This document shows positions 20,935 through 30,720 of a stretch of 64,000 nucleotides of DNA, piece by piece. The stretch comes from a candidate division WOR-3 bacterium (GTDB lineage: Bacteria > Hydrothermota > Tepidihabitantia > Tepidihabitantales > Tepidihabitantaceae): NCBI GenBank assembly GCA_037441285.1, contig JBBISL010000001.1, positions 13,880-77,879 of the forward strand, read 5' to 3'. Every line of letters begins with the position of its first letter. The first letter of the stretch is position 1. Position numbers and translations under genes: made by a program. Under the pieces are notes generated by a model. It searched no databases and was not told the origin of the DNA. It saw nothing but the letters and a program-made list of their open reading frames with translations.

Positions 20935-22786
20935 TTTTCAAACCTCAAAGTTAAGGTATAAACGCCGTCCTCCCATTTGGTTTCAAGCGGGAAGCCGGTT
21001 TTGGTTACAAGTCGGTATGCCCGGGTGTTGGAATCCAGAACATAGCCAACGAACCCTTTGACGCCTTTTATCCGGGCGATGCGAATCAGGTGGTTGAAAA
21101 GGGCGGTTCCGATGCCTTTATTCTGAAACTCGTCCTGAATTTCAATGGCAAATTCAGCAAGTCCAGTCGAAGGGTCGACATAGTATCGGGTTGAACCAAC
21201 GATTTGCTCTTCACCATTTCGGCGCAGGACCGCGACCAGCGCCATCTCCTTTTCGTAATCGATATTGACGAATCTGGTCAGTTTCTCGTGAGGCATCGCC
21301 TTGATGTAACTGAAGTAGCGATAGAAAACTGTGTCCCGGGAGAATGAGTAAAAGAGTTCGCGCATTGCCGGTTCGTCGGTTGGTTTAATGGGCCGGATCA
21401 GGATGGTTTCGCCATTCGGCAGACGCACCTTGGTTTCAAACTCTTCGGGGTAGCGCGCCGAAACCAGAGCATCCTCGGGTTGGTCCTGATAAACGAAATT
21501 TCGCTGTTTTGCCTGTTTTAGCAATTCGGCGCGGAATTTCGGATGGGCGATTGATATCAGGGCAAGGGCGCGTTCCCGGATTGATTTGCCATGGAGATAG
21601 GCAACACCCCATTCGGTTACGACATAGTGGACATCACCGCGCGATGTGACAACACCGGCACCTTCCGAGAGCACGGGAACAATGCGAGAAAAACGGTCGT
21701 TGTCCCGGGTTGATTTTAAGACAATAATCGGTTTTCCCTCTCGGGCACGCGCTGCACCACGGACAAAGTCCAGTTGCCCACCAATACCGGAATAGAAGAG
21801 GGAACCGATGGAGTCGGCGCACACCTGACCGGTTAAATCAATCTCAAGTGCCGAGTTGATTGACACCATTTTATCGTTCTGGGCGATGACAAAGGGTCGT
21901 TGGTATAGTCCACCGGATGAAACTCGAACCTCGGGTTGTTGTTAATGTAGTGGTAAAGCCGCTGTGAACCCATCGCAAAAGAGGCAACAACCTTTCCGGG
22001 GTGCAGGGTTTTCTTGCGATTGGTGATGACACCGCTTTCAATCAAATCGATAATGCCGTCGGAGAAAACTTCGGTATGGACGCCAAGGTCTTTTTTATCT
22101 TTCAGATAGTAAAGAAGGGCATTGGGAATACCGCCGTAGCCGATTTGAATCGTCGCGCCATCGGGTATGAGTTCGGCAACATTTTTCGCAATACGCTGGG
22201 CAACTTCGCTTGGTCCAGGGGTGGTAAACTCATATATCGTGGTATCATTTTCAACAATGGAATGAATCTGGGAGATGTGAATAAAACTGTCGCCCAGGGT
22301 TCGAGGCATTTGTGGGTTCACTTCAGCAATAACATATTTGGCGACCTCGGCGGCGGGTTTTGTGATGTCAACCGAAACCCCGAGGCTGCAAAAGCCGTGC
22401 TCATCGGGCGGGGTAACCTGAATCAAAGCAACATCAATCGGTAGTCGGCCCGAGCGTAACAGGCGCGGTAGTTCCGAAAGAAATATTGGAGTGTAGTCGG
22501 CTCTGCCTTTCTGCACCGCTTCCCGGACATTGGCACTGATGAAGAAGGAGTTTGCCCGATAGCGTGCGGCGAGCGCTTCTTCGGCATAGGGGGCAACACC
22601 CAGTGTTAAAATATGGGTTACCTCAACATCTTCTACTGGACGGTCGGCAAGTGCCCTAACCAGTTTTTGGGGTGTGCTGCAAGCTGAGCCGATAAATATC
22701 CGGTCTCCGGGCTGGACAACTTCTAATGCCTGCTGGGGCGTTTTGATCTTTTCCTTAAATCTCATCTGCCAGTTGTTGGTTGTCAT
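20931..22786 (-). CDS. Acetyl-CoA hydrolase/CoA-transferase fused to a C-terminal GNAT domain, split by a single frameshift at about 21890-21896
   Basis: The N-part (21833-22786) carries QIGYGGIP and GVHTEVFSDG. The C-part (20931-21869) carries INSALEIDLTGQV, SGIGGQLDF and a GNAT motif (FQNKGIGT). One extra base restores TNDPFVIAQNDKMVSINSA. Confidence 0.85.
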
Positions 22787-23643
22787 AAATTTTCATCCTC
22801 CTTAATTTGTTCAAAATGATATTTATCATCCTGCAGGGTAATTTTTCCGATTATGTTTTCCGTGTCGTGTTCAAAGAACGAAAGCCAGTTACCGTTGACC
22901 GCCTGATTCAAAAGTTTTTCCTTCTGGTCCATTGAGTCAAGCGGAAACAGGTCGTAGCCCATAATGTAGGGCACCGGAATGTGGCTTTTAGTTGGAATCA
23001 TATCGGACCAGAAAATCGCGGTTTTGTTGTCACTGCGAATTTTAACCAGCTGCATACCTCTGGTGTGGCCCCCGGTATGAATCAACTCAATTCCGGGATA
23101 AATTTCGGTTGAACCGTTGATCAACTCAAGCTGGTTGGCTTCTTTTAACGGCAGGAAATTTTCTCCCAGATAGGAGGCACGGGAGCGACGATTGGGCTGG
23201 ATTGCGTCGTTCCATTCGGTATGTTGAACGATGTAGCGAGCGTGGGGAAAAGTCGGGACCAGTTTGCCGTCTTTTATTCGGGTTGAGCCACCACAATGGT
23301 CAAAGTGTAAATGGGTAAGGATTACCGTGGTAATATCTTCGGGTTTAAAACCCAGACGGGCAAGACCGGACAGTAATGAGTCAGTTTTCTCGATGCGATA
23401 CCGTTCCGCAAAACTGGCGTCGTATTTGTCTCCAATCCCGGTGTCGATGAGGATAAGTTTTTTGGCAGTTGCCACGAGAAGGGGCCGCAGGGCAAGTTTT
23501 ATTCGATTCCGTTCGTCCGGGGGATGGTTTTTTTCCCAGAGAGGTTTCGGTACGACACCAAACATCGCACCACCATCCAGACCAAAGAACCCATCACAAA
23601 GAGGGTACAGCTTAAATCTGCCAAAGTCCATTGGAATTAACAT
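22783..23643 (-). CDS. MBL-fold metallo-hydrolase (YtnP-like)
   Basis: LDGGAMFGVVPK, THLHFDHCGG and GGHTRG motifs. The start may be ATG 23631. Confidence 0.9.
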   Translation of the reverse strand: MLIPMDFGRFKLYPLCDGFFGLDGGAMFGVVPKPLWEKNHPPDERNRIKLALRPLLVATAKKLILIDTGIGDKYDASFAERYRIEKTDSLLSGLARLGFKPEDITTVILTHLHFDHCGGSTRIKDGKLVPTFPHARYIVQHTEWNDAIQPNRRSRASYLGENFLPLKEANQLELINGSTEIYPGIELIHTGGHTRGMQLVKIRSDNKTAIFWSDMIPTKSHIPVPYIMGYDLFPLDSMDQKEKLLNQAVNGNWLSFFEHDTENIIGKITLQDDKYHFEQIKEDENL

Positions 23644-24084
23644 TTTAAATGTGTTCTAACCAAAGTCAATATTACATAGAAGAGGTTTCAAAATTTGTTA
23701 TCTAATACTGGCTAATCAGAATGAACGCGCAAGAGCCTTTGTATTCTAAGGTGAAAATCCAGGCGCCAGAAAGAAGGGGAAAACTGGATTTTGATAATGC
23801 GCGGGAATAGTATACTTTAAAGTATAATAAGACAGTCAGGCAATTTTTACATAACCCTTTGCAATCTTGATGGTTATACTGTATTAGCCCGATTTTCCCC
23901 ACCCAACCCCGGGGTAGTATCGGGGATAGTATGGAAAATTAATAGGAACGCTGTATATCGGGTTGATTTTTATTGGAAAATGGTGTGCATTCAACGGGTT
24001 ATTTTGTTGACATTAGCAAGTCTAATGGTATAATTAATTGTCTCGGCGGTCAAAGGGACTAGGTAAATAGAAAAGGAGGGAGGA

Positions 24085-24810
24085 ATGTTTCATAGTAGAT
24101 GCGCGGTCGCTCTGGGCGCATTAATCTTCGCCGCGGTTCTCATCACAACAGGATGTAACAGCAATAATAAACCGATGATTGCTTCTATTACTGCCAGTCC
24201 ATCGGACACGGCAACTCCGGGTGGGGTCGTATTGTTGAAAGTTTATGCCAGCGATGCCGATGACGACCCGCTAAGTTTTACCTGGACGGCTACGGCGGGA
24301 ACACTTTCCAGCACCACCGGAGATAGTGTTTTGTGGACGGCTCCAACTTCACCCGGTAGTGCAACGGTGACGGTGGTTTGCGACGACGGTAAGGGAGGAA
24401 CGGACACAGAAACGATGACCTTGAATGTCCGGGCGTGGCGCATTGGAAATGTTGACGAGACCTTTGACGGTCCAGTGTCGATACCCAATCCCGGTTCGGT
24501 TGAAGTCAGTCTTGACCTTTCCAATGAAGTTCCTCAAGGCGCCGTTGCGGAGTCGGTCTGGATTACGGTTGAATTTGACCCCGATACGCTGGACGGTGAG
24601 TTTTTTGAGATGCGCCTGGTAGCACCTTCCGGGAGAGAAGTTCTCTTCTGGGATAATCGTACCGGTCCGCTGGAAGTTGACGGTGAGTTGATTCCGGGCC
24701 TTACTGATGAACCGGTAAAAGGCAACTGGCGTTTGAAGATTATCCGTGAGGTAGCAGGCGAAGAAGGGGTACTCGATGCCTTTAACCTCAACATCGACTA
24801 CCGCTGGTAA
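24085..24810 (+). CDS. Lipoprotein with Ig/PKD-like domain and proprotein-convertase P-domain
   Basis: Lipobox TTG-C, DADDDPLSFTW...G.L and DDGKGG Ig-like motifs, P-domain-like LVAPSG...GNWRLKI. Strong RBS. Confidence 0.75.
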   Translation: MFHSRCAVALGALIFAAVLITTGCNSNNKPMIASITASPSDTATPGGVVLLKVYASDADDDPLSFTWTATAGTLSSTTGDSVLWTAPTSPGSATVTVVCDDGKGGTDTETMTLNVRAWRIGNVDETFDGPVSIPNPGSVEVSLDLSNEVPQGAVAESVWITVEFDPDTLDGEFFEMRLVAPSGREVLFWDNRTGPLEVDGELIPGLTDEPVKGNWRLKIIREVAGEEGVLDAFNLNIDYRW

Positions 24811-24824
24811 CGGTTAAGGGAAGT

Positions 24825-25421
24825 TTATTGCAATCGGGCATTAAGCGGCGGGATTAGTTCCAGTCCCGCCGCGAATGCTTTTAAGTTTAACTCAACCAAT
24901 TGGGATTTGACCAGAGTACTGATAACCTGACGGTAAAGGTTTGAAGGAAATTCGAAAAAGCGGGACACGGCACCGAGCATAACCGTATTTTGCAACCGGG
25001 GGTTGCCCAGTTTGCAGGCAACTTCAAAAGCGGGGACCGGATAGTTTTTCGGTGCCCGCATCTTGATACGTTCGTCAAGTAGGGAATCGGGCATTTTTTC
25101 TACCGCTCCGATTAGAACCGGTAAAGGTTCAATTCGCAGGGGGTCATAGATTAAACTTCCCGATGGGGATAAGAAGTGAATATACCTCAGCGCTTCTAAT
25201 TTTTCAAATGCGATGAGGATGTCGGCCGTGCCTTCTTCAATCAGGGGTGAATAAACTTTTCTACTCCAGCGGATATGGCTGGTAACACTACCACCCCTCT
25301 GTGCCATCCCGTGGACCTCGCTTTTTTTGACATCAAGTTTCGCCATAAGGGCGATATGAGATAGGATGTCAGAGAAGAGTAAAACCCCCTGACCGCCAAC
25401 GCCGCAGACGAGGATGTTCAT
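24825..25421 (-). CDS. iorB: Indolepyruvate:ferredoxin oxidoreductase beta subunit
   Basis: GVGGQGV, SEVHGMAQRGGSV and NTVMLGA motifs. Confidence 0.93.
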   Translation of the reverse strand: MNILVCGVGGQGVLLFSDILSHIALMAKLDVKKSEVHGMAQRGGSVTSHIRWSRKVYSPLIEEGTADILIAFEKLEALRYIHFLSPSGSLIYDPLRIEPLPVLIGAVEKMPDSLLDERIKMRAPKNYPVPAFEVACKLGNPRLQNTVMLGAVSRFFEFPSNLYRQVISTLVKSQLVELNLKAFAAGLELIPPLNARLQ

Positions 25422-27139
25422 TCAATCGCCTCCTTGGGGCAGATTTCAACACACATCGCGCAGCCGGTGCAGGCGGTAGCGATGATAAGCGCTTTGTTGT
25501 CGGCAAAGGAGATTGCCGGACAGCCAAGGGCAAGGCAGGCGCGACAGCCAATGCACTTTTCTGGATTAACAGTCTTTGCTTCACCTTGTTTGCCGAGGAT
25601 GAGTGCACAGGGGCGCTGTGATATGACAACCGCGCTTTTATTCTCCTTCAGCAGGTTTTGAATTGTCTTTTTGGTTTCCCGCGGGTGGTAAGGGTCAACA
25701 CGAAATACCTGCTCGACCCCGCAGGCACGGCAGAGCAGTTCAAGGTCAATCGGTTTAGTCTGTTCGCCTTTTAATGTTTTGCCGGTTCCGGGATGGTCCT
25801 GGTGTCCAGTCATTCCCGTAGTTCGGTTATCGGTGATTATTGTTATGACATTGGATTTATTGTAAGTGGTGTTAATCAACCCGGTGATGCCAGAGTGAAA
25901 GAAAGTGGAGTCACCAAGAAGGGCGATGCGCGGTCTGGGGTCAGATTTGCCAAGGGCTTTGTCGGTACCATGGGCAAAGGTGATTGAGGCACCCATATCA
26001 ATACAGGTGTCCATTGCACTGTGGGGTGGTAGTGCGCCGAGTGTGTAACAGCCAATGTCGCCCGCGATGATTGCTTTCTGTTTCTGCAAAGCATAGAATA
26101 GTCCCAGATGAGGACAGCCCGGACAGAGTGCAGGCGGGCGATTGGGAATTTCCTCTTCCGGATGCGGTTTTTCGACATTATTATCGGCAAGGGCGCTGCG
26201 GATAATTCCCGAGTTGAGTTCACCCCAGCGCGGTAGCCGGTCTTTGCCCTTGACTTGCAAACCGAGGGCGCGGGTATGTAGTTCGATAAATGGGTCGACT
26301 TCCTCAATAACAATCAGTTCTTTTACTTTTTGAGCAAAGTTAAGCACCAGGTTACGGGGGAAAGGGTAAACGAGTCCCAGTTTAAGAAATGATGCATCCG
26401 GGAAAACCTCCCGGGCGTATTGATAGGCAACGCCATCGCAGATTATCCCGAGGTTAGCATTACCGAGCTCGACCCGGTTGAGCGGTGATTTTTCGGCGTA
26501 ATCCTGCAAACGCACCAGACGCTTTTCGAGGTCGATGTGTCGCACCCGGGCAAAAACCGGCAGTAAGGTGGTTTTGGAAAGCTTTTTTTCGTAGCCGCGC
26601 GGTTTTTTATCGATACGGGGTTCGAGACTTACTATTGAACTGGAGTGGGCGATGCGGGTTGTAAGTCGAAGTAAGACTGGTATGTCGTACTCTTCTGATA
26701 GGTCAAATGCCAGTTTTGTAAAATCTTTTGCTTCCTGACTGTCTGAGGGACAGAGCAGGGGAATTTTTGCCGCCAGCGCATAAAAACGGTTGTCCTGTTC
26801 ATTCTGGGACGAGTGAAGTCCCGGGTCATCGGCGGTAACAATTACCAGACCGGCATTTACCCCAATGTAAGCCGCTGAGAACAATGGGTCAGCAGCAACA
26901 TTCAATCCAACATGCTTCATTGCTGCCAGACTCCGGACCCCGGCATGTGCGGCTCCCAGGGCAACCTCCAGTGCCACCTTTTCATTTACTGACCATTCGC
27001 AATAGACATCTTGATAACGGGCAAGTGCTTCAAGGATTTCGGTTGAAGGTGTTCCGGGGTAGGCAGCGGCGACCGAGCAACCCGCTTCCCAGGCACCGCG
27101 GGCAACCGCTTCATCACCCAGTAGTAGTTCGCTGTTCAT
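25418..27139 (-). CDS. iorA: Indolepyruvate:ferredoxin oxidoreductase alpha subunit
   Basis: YPGTPSTE, MKHVGLNVAAD, SSQNEQD, LCPGCPH, GDSTFFHSG and two C-terminal [4Fe-4S] motifs. Confidence 0.95.
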   Translation of the reverse strand: MNSELLLGDEAVARGAWEAGCSVAAAYPGTPSTEILEALARYQDVYCEWSVNEKVALEVALGAAHAGVRSLAAMKHVGLNVAADPLFSAAYIGVNAGLVIVTADDPGLHSSQNEQDNRFYALAAKIPLLCPSDSQEAKDFTKLAFDLSEEYDIPVLLRLTTRIAHSSSIVSLEPRIDKKPRGYEKKLSKTTLLPVFARVRHIDLEKRLVRLQDYAEKSPLNRVELGNANLGIICDGVAYQYAREVFPDASFLKLGLVYPFPRNLVLNFAQKVKELIVIEEVDPFIELHTRALGLQVKGKDRLPRWGELNSGIIRSALADNNVEKPHPEEEIPNRPPALCPGCPHLGLFYALQKQKAIIAGDIGCYTLGALPPHSAMDTCIDMGASITFAHGTDKALGKSDPRPRIALLGDSTFFHSGITGLINTTYNKSNVITIITDNRTTGMTGHQDHPGTGKTLKGEQTKPIDLELLCRACGVEQVFRVDPYHPRETKKTIQNLLKENKSAVVISQRPCALILGKQGEAKTVNPEKCIGCRACLALGCPAISFADNKALIIATACTGCAMCVEICPKEAIE

Positions 27140-27216
27140 TTACGATTTATACCTTCTTAGGAGGACCTTAAGTAAATATTTAACTAAAAACCGGTCATTG
27201 TGTCAAATCAGGCGTG

Positions 27217-28446
27217 CTACTTTATGAAAATGAACCGGATGGGTTTACCATTTTCCATTTGAAAGAAAACGCCGCTGGAAACCGGTTTGCCTTTAACAAC
27301 TTTTCGGCCTGTGGCGTCGTAGAACTCACCGGTAATAAACAGTGAGCCCTGTGCTGGATTGGTAAGAATATTCGGCACCGGGTAGAACGCCTGTGGCTCA
27401 AAAATTGCCGGGGGGTAGGTACCGTTGGCTTCAAGATACCGGGTAAGAATCTCGTTGCGGAAGCGTTCCGTAACCGCCGGGTTGGTCAAAATCAGTGTAT
27501 TTTCATCGTTGTTGAAGTTGGCGTTTTGAGACCAATTGGCAGAACCGGTGATGATAAAGCTTGAGTCAATGAGCATAATTTTCTCATGCAGGACGCCGGC
27601 GCCAAATGGGACTGAGTCAACAAGGATTGGAATGTGCCAGCTGCGCAGCCGCGGATATTCCGAAGCCGGGTCATTAGCACCGGCTTTGTCAATGGTGCCG
27701 GCAACGGTCAGTCCACGATTCCAGAGGGCGATTAATGTTTCACCGAGTGGGTCATAAGTAAAGGAGTTGATGGCGAAAAATATTTCACTGCGGGCACGGC
27801 CGGCAAATGCGGCAATGGTATCAACCACGCGGTTTTGGGGTGAGAAATAGAGATATGCCGGATATCCATTGATAAGAAATTGATGGGATGGGAGAAAGTC
27901 CTGTTTTGAAGAATGAAAACGGGCGCTTTCCGGGACCGGATTTGGTCCCGTAGTACCCCACATCTGGTTGAATTCGGCAAGATAGGCAGCACCGAGCGCG
28001 CTATTTGGTATTTCGAGAGCGCAGTCGGCGAAGAGTTCATTCTGGTTGGGATTGTAAGAGGCAACCCAGAGAATGTCGTTTGTTGAGTCTTCATCGGCAA
28101 AATCCCGAATGGCAAATTTGTTGTGCATATAAGCCGAGCGTTCGGAAGAAACTGAGTCGGACCATACAGTGATACCGGCGGCACGCAGGTATGCGACCCA
28201 TTCGTTGTTACGCCTTGAATCATCGGTAATTACCCTGATTCGCACACCCCGGTTATGGGCATTGATTAAAGCAAGTGTGACATCGGCACGAGATGAGTTA
28301 TAGCAACAGTAATCTATTGAAGAAGTTGCACCGTTAAAAAATTCAACAAGGCGTAAACCGATGCTGTCCTGAGCAAACCAGACTTTTATTGTATCGGGTG
28401 GTGATTGGACAAGAAAAAGAAAGAGGGATAAGAGATGCGTTATCAA
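27217..28446 (-). CDS. Secreted phospholipase D/nuclease-superfamily protein with two HKD motifs and a short C-terminal sorting-like tail
   Basis: HNKFAIRD and HEKIMLID...TGSANW. Tail FYDATGRKV...SSGVFF. Confidence 0.85.
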   Translation of the reverse strand: MITHLLSLFLFLVQSPPDTIKVWFAQDSIGLRLVEFFNGATSSIDYCCYNSSRADVTLALINAHNRGVRIRVITDDSRRNNEWVAYLRAAGITVWSDSVSSERSAYMHNKFAIRDFADEDSTNDILWVASYNPNQNELFADCALEIPNSALGAAYLAEFNQMWGTTGPNPVPESARFHSSKQDFLPSHQFLINGYPAYLYFSPQNRVVDTIAAFAGRARSEIFFAINSFTYDPLGETLIALWNRGLTVAGTIDKAGANDPASEYPRLRSWHIPILVDSVPFGAGVLHEKIMLIDSSFIITGSANWSQNANFNNDENTLILTNPAVTERFRNEILTRYLEANGTYPPAIFEPQAFYPVPNILTNPAQGSLFITGEFYDATGRKVVKGKPVSSGVFFQMENGKPIRFIFIK

Positions 28447-28648
28447 GTCGAAGGTAATGTTTGACAGGAGCCAGTTAGATGGTGAAAGTAAATATTTCTT
28501 AAAATTCGCAATGGAATTAATCTCGCATTACAGTGCATCACCATATTCTTATCTAATCTATTTTAGTCATTGTTGAATAATTGTCAATGTTCGGGACAAA
28601 ACTTGACAGCAATTGAATTGGTGGATAATTTTGAACAGGAGGCATAGT

Positions 28649-29221
28649 ATGAAATTAATTGGCAGGCTAGTTGCAATTGGTTTGTTTTTGTGCTATTGTG
28701 GCGGAGCAAAGCCAACTCCCAAAGTAGCCCAAATAGAAAAAAGTGATTCCGGTTCTCTTCCGAGGGTGCAGCTTTTAAGCCCGGCGTTTGCCCCAGAAGC
28801 GAAAATACCGGTTCGCTATACAGGTGATGGCGAAGATATCTCTCCGGAGATAGTTTGGGACAGTGTTCCTGACGGAGTAAAGAGTTTTGCCCTGATTTGT
28901 ACCGACCCGGATGCACCGCTCGGCACATTTGTTCACTGGGTGATTTACAATATTCCCGGTGAGGTTCATCGGTTGCCTGAAGGGGTAGTAAAAAAAGAGC
29001 AACTCGACGACGGAACTAAACAGGGCGTAAACTCTTTTCAACGCGTCGGTTATAACGGGCCAAAACCGCCACCCGGAAAACCGCATCGCTACATTTTCCA
29101 GTTGTACGCGCTTGATACAATACTTGATTTACCGCCCGGAGCTTCCGCCGGGAAACTTCAGGAGGCAATGACCGGTCATATCCGGGCTAAGGCACAGTTG
29201 ATAGGGATTTATGGCAGATAA
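28649..29221 (+). CDS. YbhB/YbcL (PEBP, Raf kinase inhibitor-like) family lipoprotein
   Basis: DPDAP, FVHWVIYNIP, GYNGPKPP..HRYIFQLYALD. AGGAGG before ATG 28649. Confidence 0.92.
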   Translation: MKLIGRLVAIGLFLCYCGGAKPTPKVAQIEKSDSGSLPRVQLLSPAFAPEAKIPVRYTGDGEDISPEIVWDSVPDGVKSFALICTDPDAPLGTFVHWVIYNIPGEVHRLPEGVVKKEQLDDGTKQGVNSFQRVGYNGPKPPPGKPHRYIFQLYALDTILDLPPGASAGKLQEAMTGHIRAKAQLIGIYGR

Positions 29222-29741
29222 AGAAAAACGATTTACTCAACTGGACAACTTGTCTCGAGAGGATTTAATCGGTCTACTGGAAGATGCTGCTAAAAACTGG
29301 CTGGCGCACGACGGGTTGTGGTTTCAGGCGGTGGAGTCAAAATTCGGGATGGACGCAGCGATTGAACTTGACCGTGAGGCGTGGCGCCGGTTCACGGTTA
29401 TTGAGGCAAACCGGATTATGGAGCGGCATAAGATTTTGCCGGGCGGTGGTATTCCAGCGCTTGTCAGGGCACTGTCTTACCGTCTTTATGCCTATATCAA
29501 TCGCCAGGAGGTACTTGAGGCCGGTCCAGACCGGGTTGTGTTCCGGATGAATGACTGCCGGGTACAAAGTGCGCGGCAACGTAAAGGATTGCCCGATTTT
29601 CCCTGCAAACCAGTAGGACTTGTTGAATACGAGTGGTTTGCGAAAACGATTGATGAACGGATTGAGACAAGGTGCCTTTATTGCCCGCCTGATAAGCATC
29701 CCGCAGATACCTGGTGTGCCTGGGAGTTTGTGATTAGATGA
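29211..29741 (+). CDS. DUF6125-like uncharacterised protein with conserved cysteines
   Basis: WLAHDGLWF, CRVQ.AR..KGL..FPCK and CPPD....WCAWEF pattern, recalled as the DUF6125 family. Confidence 0.7.
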   Translation: MADKEKRFTQLDNLSREDLIGLLEDAAKNWLAHDGLWFQAVESKFGMDAAIELDREAWRRFTVIEANRIMERHKILPGGGIPALVRALSYRLYAYINRQEVLEAGPDRVVFRMNDCRVQSARQRKGLPDFPCKPVGLVEYEWFAKTIDERIETRCLYCPPDKHPADTWCAWEFVIR

Positions 29742-30448
29742 AAAACGAGTCGGGAGCAGAGCGCCGGCGATTTACAATGCGGGACCTGCCGGTTGCTGAA
29801 CGGCCGCGAGAGCGGTTGCTGCGTTACGGTGCCGATAAACTGTCGGGCGAGGAGTTACTGGCGGTTTTGATCAGCCGTGGTACCAGCGGAGTTCCGGTGC
29901 GTGACATCGCTCATGAACTACTGGTCCAATTTGGTTCAATCGCAGCAATTGCCGATGCAACGATTGAAGAGTTAAAGCGCGTGTCGGGAATCGGGACGGC
30001 AAAAGCGTGCCAGATTAAAGCGGCGTTTGAGCTGGCGCGACGGTTTCAGGAAAGCCTCACCCCTGATGCCCGGGAGGCTTTGACTTCACCGGAGGCGGTG
30101 GTTCGACTGATCAAGCCGAGGTTAGTGGAGAGAAAGAAGGAGTGTTTTTTTACGGTGCTTCTTGATGCGCGTAACCGGCACATCCGCACCGAGCAGGTTT
30201 CGGTCGGAAGCCTTGATGCAACAATCGCCCATCCCCGTGAGGTGTTTGACCCAGCGGTGCATGACCACGCCCCTTCAATTATTGTGGTTCACAACCATCC
30301 TTCAGGCGACCCAACACCATCTAATGAAGACATCAGTCTTACCCGACGCTTGAGTGAAGCCGGCAAAGTTTTAGGAATTAAACTCCTTGACCATATCATC
30401 ATCGCCGGCGAAAAGTATTACAGTTTTCGGGCTCAGGGGTTGATATAA
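29738..30448 (+). CDS. radC: RadC (JAB domain) protein
   Basis: ERPRERL, HhH GIGTAKA, HPREVF, HNHPSGDPTPS.ED and LLDHII motifs. Confidence 0.95.
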   Translation: MKNESGAERRRFTMRDLPVAERPRERLLRYGADKLSGEELLAVLISRGTSGVPVRDIAHELLVQFGSIAAIADATIEELKRVSGIGTAKACQIKAAFELARRFQESLTPDAREALTSPEAVVRLIKPRLVERKKECFFTVLLDARNRHIRTEQVSVGSLDATIAHPREVFDPAVHDHAPSIIVVHNHPSGDPTPSNEDISLTRRLSEAGKVLGIKLLDHIIIAGEKYYSFRAQGLI

Positions 30449-30450
30449 GC

Positions 30451-30675
30451 TTATAGCGGTTCAGGCGGGGGCCAGACCGCCATACAGGTAGGATTAGCAC
30501 AGCGTACCGCTTCCGGAGCGGTCATTTGAAGACAGCGCGGGCAGGGAGATGAGTGAATCGTGCCGCTGGGGTCAAGTTCGGCTTCCTCTTCCCAGTTGTA
30601 GTCACACTTAGCGCAGAAGTATTCAGCCCAGGTTTCTTTACCATTACAATTTGGACAGCGACAGCGCTGATTCAT
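30451..30675 (-). CDS. Small Cys-rich putative zinc-ribbon protein
   Basis: CPNC, CAKC, CPRC and CANPTC pairs. Has its own promoter-like TTGACC-16-TATCAT just upstream of ATG 30675. Confidence 0.65.
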   Translation of the reverse strand: MNQRCRCPNCNGKETWAEYFCAKCDYNWEEEAELDPSGTIHSSPCPRCLQMTAPEAVRCANPTCMAVWPPPEPL

Positions 30676-30720
30676 GCTTACAATATGATACACCATTTTA
30701 AGCCATGGTCAAGCAAATTA

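Noticed and set aside
29738-30448. radC as a marker of a mobile element
   Set aside because: It is the full-length chromosomal type with an HhH region, in an operon with non-mobile genes.
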